NCBI GenBank assembly: GCA_030704615.1
Contig: CM060734.1
Location: 23,684,001 to 23,748,000, forward strand
Source of the DNA: Takakia lepidozioides
Lineage: Eukaryota; Plantae; Bryophyta
DNA length: 64,000 bases
Reading direction: 5' to 3'
In this document: in pieces, positions 63,801 to 64,000 of the stretch
Numbering within the stretch: position 1 is the first letter of the stretch
Layout of the letters: each line of letters begins with the position of its first letter
Program-made: the position numbers and the translations under genes
The notes under the pieces: model-generated
Database searches by the model: none
What the model was told of the DNA's origin: nothing
The model's input: the letters and a program-made list of their open reading frames with translations, nothing else

Positions 63801-64000
63801 GATCCACAGCATGGGGAGGCAAGCCGTCAGGCGAGGCTTCCTCAGTCATTCACATTGGCGGAGACAGTGTCGACGCCATCCATGGCACCTAGTTCTTGCC
63901 CGACTGTTACCGAGGCGGAGGTTACTATGCCATTGGGGAGAGCTACACGTGCATCACTGACACCTGCTACCAATGCTAGTGCAGCCGGTGTGTTATTGGG
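60857..64000 (+). mobile_element. 5' part of a third Ty3/Gypsy element (putative LTR/leader and gag); left boundary uncertain
   Basis: TATAAAA near 61278, PBS-like TGGCATCACGAGC at 61669, and gag downstream. Confidence 0.65.
62303..63599 (+). pseudogene. gag: Gag with two zinc knuckles; frameshift near 62450
   Basis: FQRKPSESLREAYTRMRRL, CWTCGGPHVKRDC, CGHCGKYGHGDAQC and an RGG-rich tail. Confidence 0.9.

Overview
Eukaryotic, repeat-dense DNA with spliceosomal introns, probably from a bryophyte-like plant (inferred from the transposon families). I recognise no intact host gene, rRNA or CRISPR array. The window is a nested, partly scrambled pile of transposons. It holds two related non-chromoviral Ty3/Gypsy elements, one of them full length with two LTRs and a 4-bp TSD. 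It also holds a third Gypsy gag, two chromovirus remnants, a LINE, a MULE, a hAT split into two halves, a tRNA-derived SINE, a 3.45-kb tandem unit and several palindromic motif arrays. TE-associated cargo genes encode SWIM, RING-H2, protein-kinase-like and ParB/Srx-like domains. The most unusual signal is the LTR architecture of the element at 37051-44294. Its 5' LTR runs straight into the PBS with no CA end. The missing end (ACTTACA) sits at the far right terminus and also just upstream of the 3' LTR, where it forms a near-palindromic CTTACA-GC-TGTAGG junction. This is the structure expected if integration used a 2-LTR circle cut at an internal att site. A second notable signal is a pair of reciprocal hAT/chromovirus breakpoints that bracket a circularly permuted 33-kb block. 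All calls were made by eye, and boundaries other than quoted junctions are approximate.
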